64,000 nucleotides of DNA from Klebsormidium nitens (lineage: Eukaryota; Plantae; Klebsormidiophyceae), in contig DF237257.1 of assembly GCA_000708835.1 (NCBI GenBank), positions 41,885 to 105,884 on the forward strand, written 5' to 3'. The notes under the pieces were generated by a model. The model did not search any database and had not been told where the DNA came from. It saw only the letters and a list, made by a program, of their open reading frames with translations. How positions within the stretch are numbered: position 1 is the first letter of the stretch; each line of letters starts with the position of its first letter. Positions 62,322 to 64,000 of this stretch are shown here, piece by piece. Made by a program: the position numbers and the translations under genes.

Positions 62322-64000
62322 TGTGGCACTTACAGCAGCGCCCACTGATCAAGTGCTCGTCCGGGGATGGAAGAAGACACGCATTGCGTGCGCAACAAGT
62401 ATTCGACGATCTCATGCGATTGGCAACTTAGCACATCGTGGCGTGTTCCCCTTGCAAGCGCAGCCCGGCCCCAAGCTCTCTCTCTCATGCAGGAAGTTCC
62501 TGAGGAACTTTTCTCGAGGAACTGACAAAAGAAGGGCAGCTTTCTCATTTTTGTACCTTAAATTTGCAACCTGGGCGCTAGCAGTGCGCGCGCAAAAGGG
62601 GCGTCTGGTTCCTCAGGGTTTGCAGTTTCCCCCGCAACTGCCGTCGATCCGAGCGTACCATACCGGTACGTCGATCCGGCGACACAACCGGTCCCGGGCA
62701 AATGGTTCGATAGACTTTTCCGTCATCGTGCGCCGTCAAATCGTTCATCGCACGGCCGGATTTCAATTTAAACCATTACATCGCAAAATTGGACCCGTCG
62801 AACGAAACTCATTAAGCTTTGCCTTAGGACTCAGGTGCAAAAAGTGCGCGTCACTGTACTCGGGTATTGTCGTACTGCCCGGCTGAAATATGGAAGTGAT
62901 CGGGAATACCAAATTTTTGTGCGGCCGAGTGACCGCGGGACTGCATCCGGTAGGTACTTTTCGAAATTTAAGATTCTTCACGGAACTCGGTGATTTCCGA
63001 CTTGCCGAAAGGCCTTGTTTCCACTGAACACTGAATTACACTCACTGAACTCCGAGGCTAAAAGCCGCGCACGAGGCCCGTAGGGGGCCGTAGCCCCAAA
63101 TTCGCCGGCGACTCCGACTTAAATCGACCGGGCCTCGCGCGGGAGGCTGTACTACTGTTCTACTAGTAAAATAGGCTGCGCCGAGGCTGCAGTGGCCAAT
63201 ATCCGGGCCTCCGAAGCGTTACATAGCTGAGACTTCAGACTTGCTGTTCGATAGCCTCTCGTGAGTTGGATTTCCTAGGGTCCGAACCGCTATATAGCGC
63301 TGAGCGTCGATCCGAGCGCGCTGCCGCCGCATGACGACTCCTCAGTATGTCGAGTCACGTCGGGCCGAGTCCGGCGCGGCCGCCGGCCGCCCGTCGGCCC
63401 ACTTGGGGCCCGCCAGCCGCGGCGCACTGAGCCACGATTAGTGCCACTCAACCCAGCCTCACAGATTTTATCTCTCATATTACCCAAATCTCGGAAATGG
63501 TATTGAAGGCATAAGTCATGACAAAAGTTCCATATTGGTAGGGTTGAGCTCTGCTTTTTTAGGGCTATCTTCCGGTCCAAAGTGCCCGGGGGACCATCGG
63601 ACGGCTCTGAATTGAAACTGAATTATCTAGCATACGACCTCCCAGCCTATCCTAAAAACTAGGTGCCCCCCCGAATGAAAATGGAGGACGGGCAGTTTAC
63701 CAGCACTCTAAATAAAATGTCTGACCCAACCTCTGCTTCAGTCAAGCCAGTCTGCAACCTAAACCGAACGTGGTTCCTCTCACAATGGCAAGCTGATTGC
63801 TAGCATCAACTGGGAGCAGCACCACGGATCGAATACTTAAGGCAAAGATCACGTTCCATGGTTGCTGGAGGCTGCACCACACACTGGGAAACGCATTTCA
63901 CAGTCATGGCAGGCAACGCCGGGCCTGTAGAGCTCTGGGGCAGCATCCATGGCTCAGAAGGGACACCATTTGTAAAACAAGCTCTCTTCTGGTACACTGA

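Noticed and set aside
62152-62886. 244-aa plus-strand ORF
   Set aside because: Overlaps TRAPPC11 exon 1 and its 5' region in antisense; no protein-like motifs.

Overview
Eukaryotic, intron-rich, GC-rich genomic DNA. The gene content (RLK/Pelle kinase, plant-type TRAPPC11, TRIM37) suggests a streptophyte green alga such as Klebsormidium; this is inference. Five protein-coding genes were reconstructed by hand from GT/GC-AG boundaries: (1) a small hypothetical gene (+, ~450-1914, 5' end uncertain); (2) a complete TRIM37 E3 ligase (RING-B-box-coiled coil-MATH; -, 15877-7362, 14 exons); (3) head-to-head with it, a coiled-coil protein with an MPHOSPH9-like C-terminus (+, ~16814-22070); (4) a receptor-like kinase whose ectodomain is three tandem CHRD domains (-, 30407-23547, 12 exons, ~867 aa); (5) TRAPPC11 (-, 62321-33359, 11 exons, ~1243 aa). 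TRAPPC11 has a 19.3-kb intron holding a decayed tandem array of ~4.5-4.8-kb same-strand gene copies that appear to have encoded a membrane protein. Also present: a nearly intact RTE/RTEX-like LINE (3.3-6.8 kb), a dense cluster of small inverted-repeat elements at 31.2-32.8 kb, and three introns whose 3' splice site plus exon start is tandemly duplicated. No tRNA, rRNA or CRISPR array was recognised.
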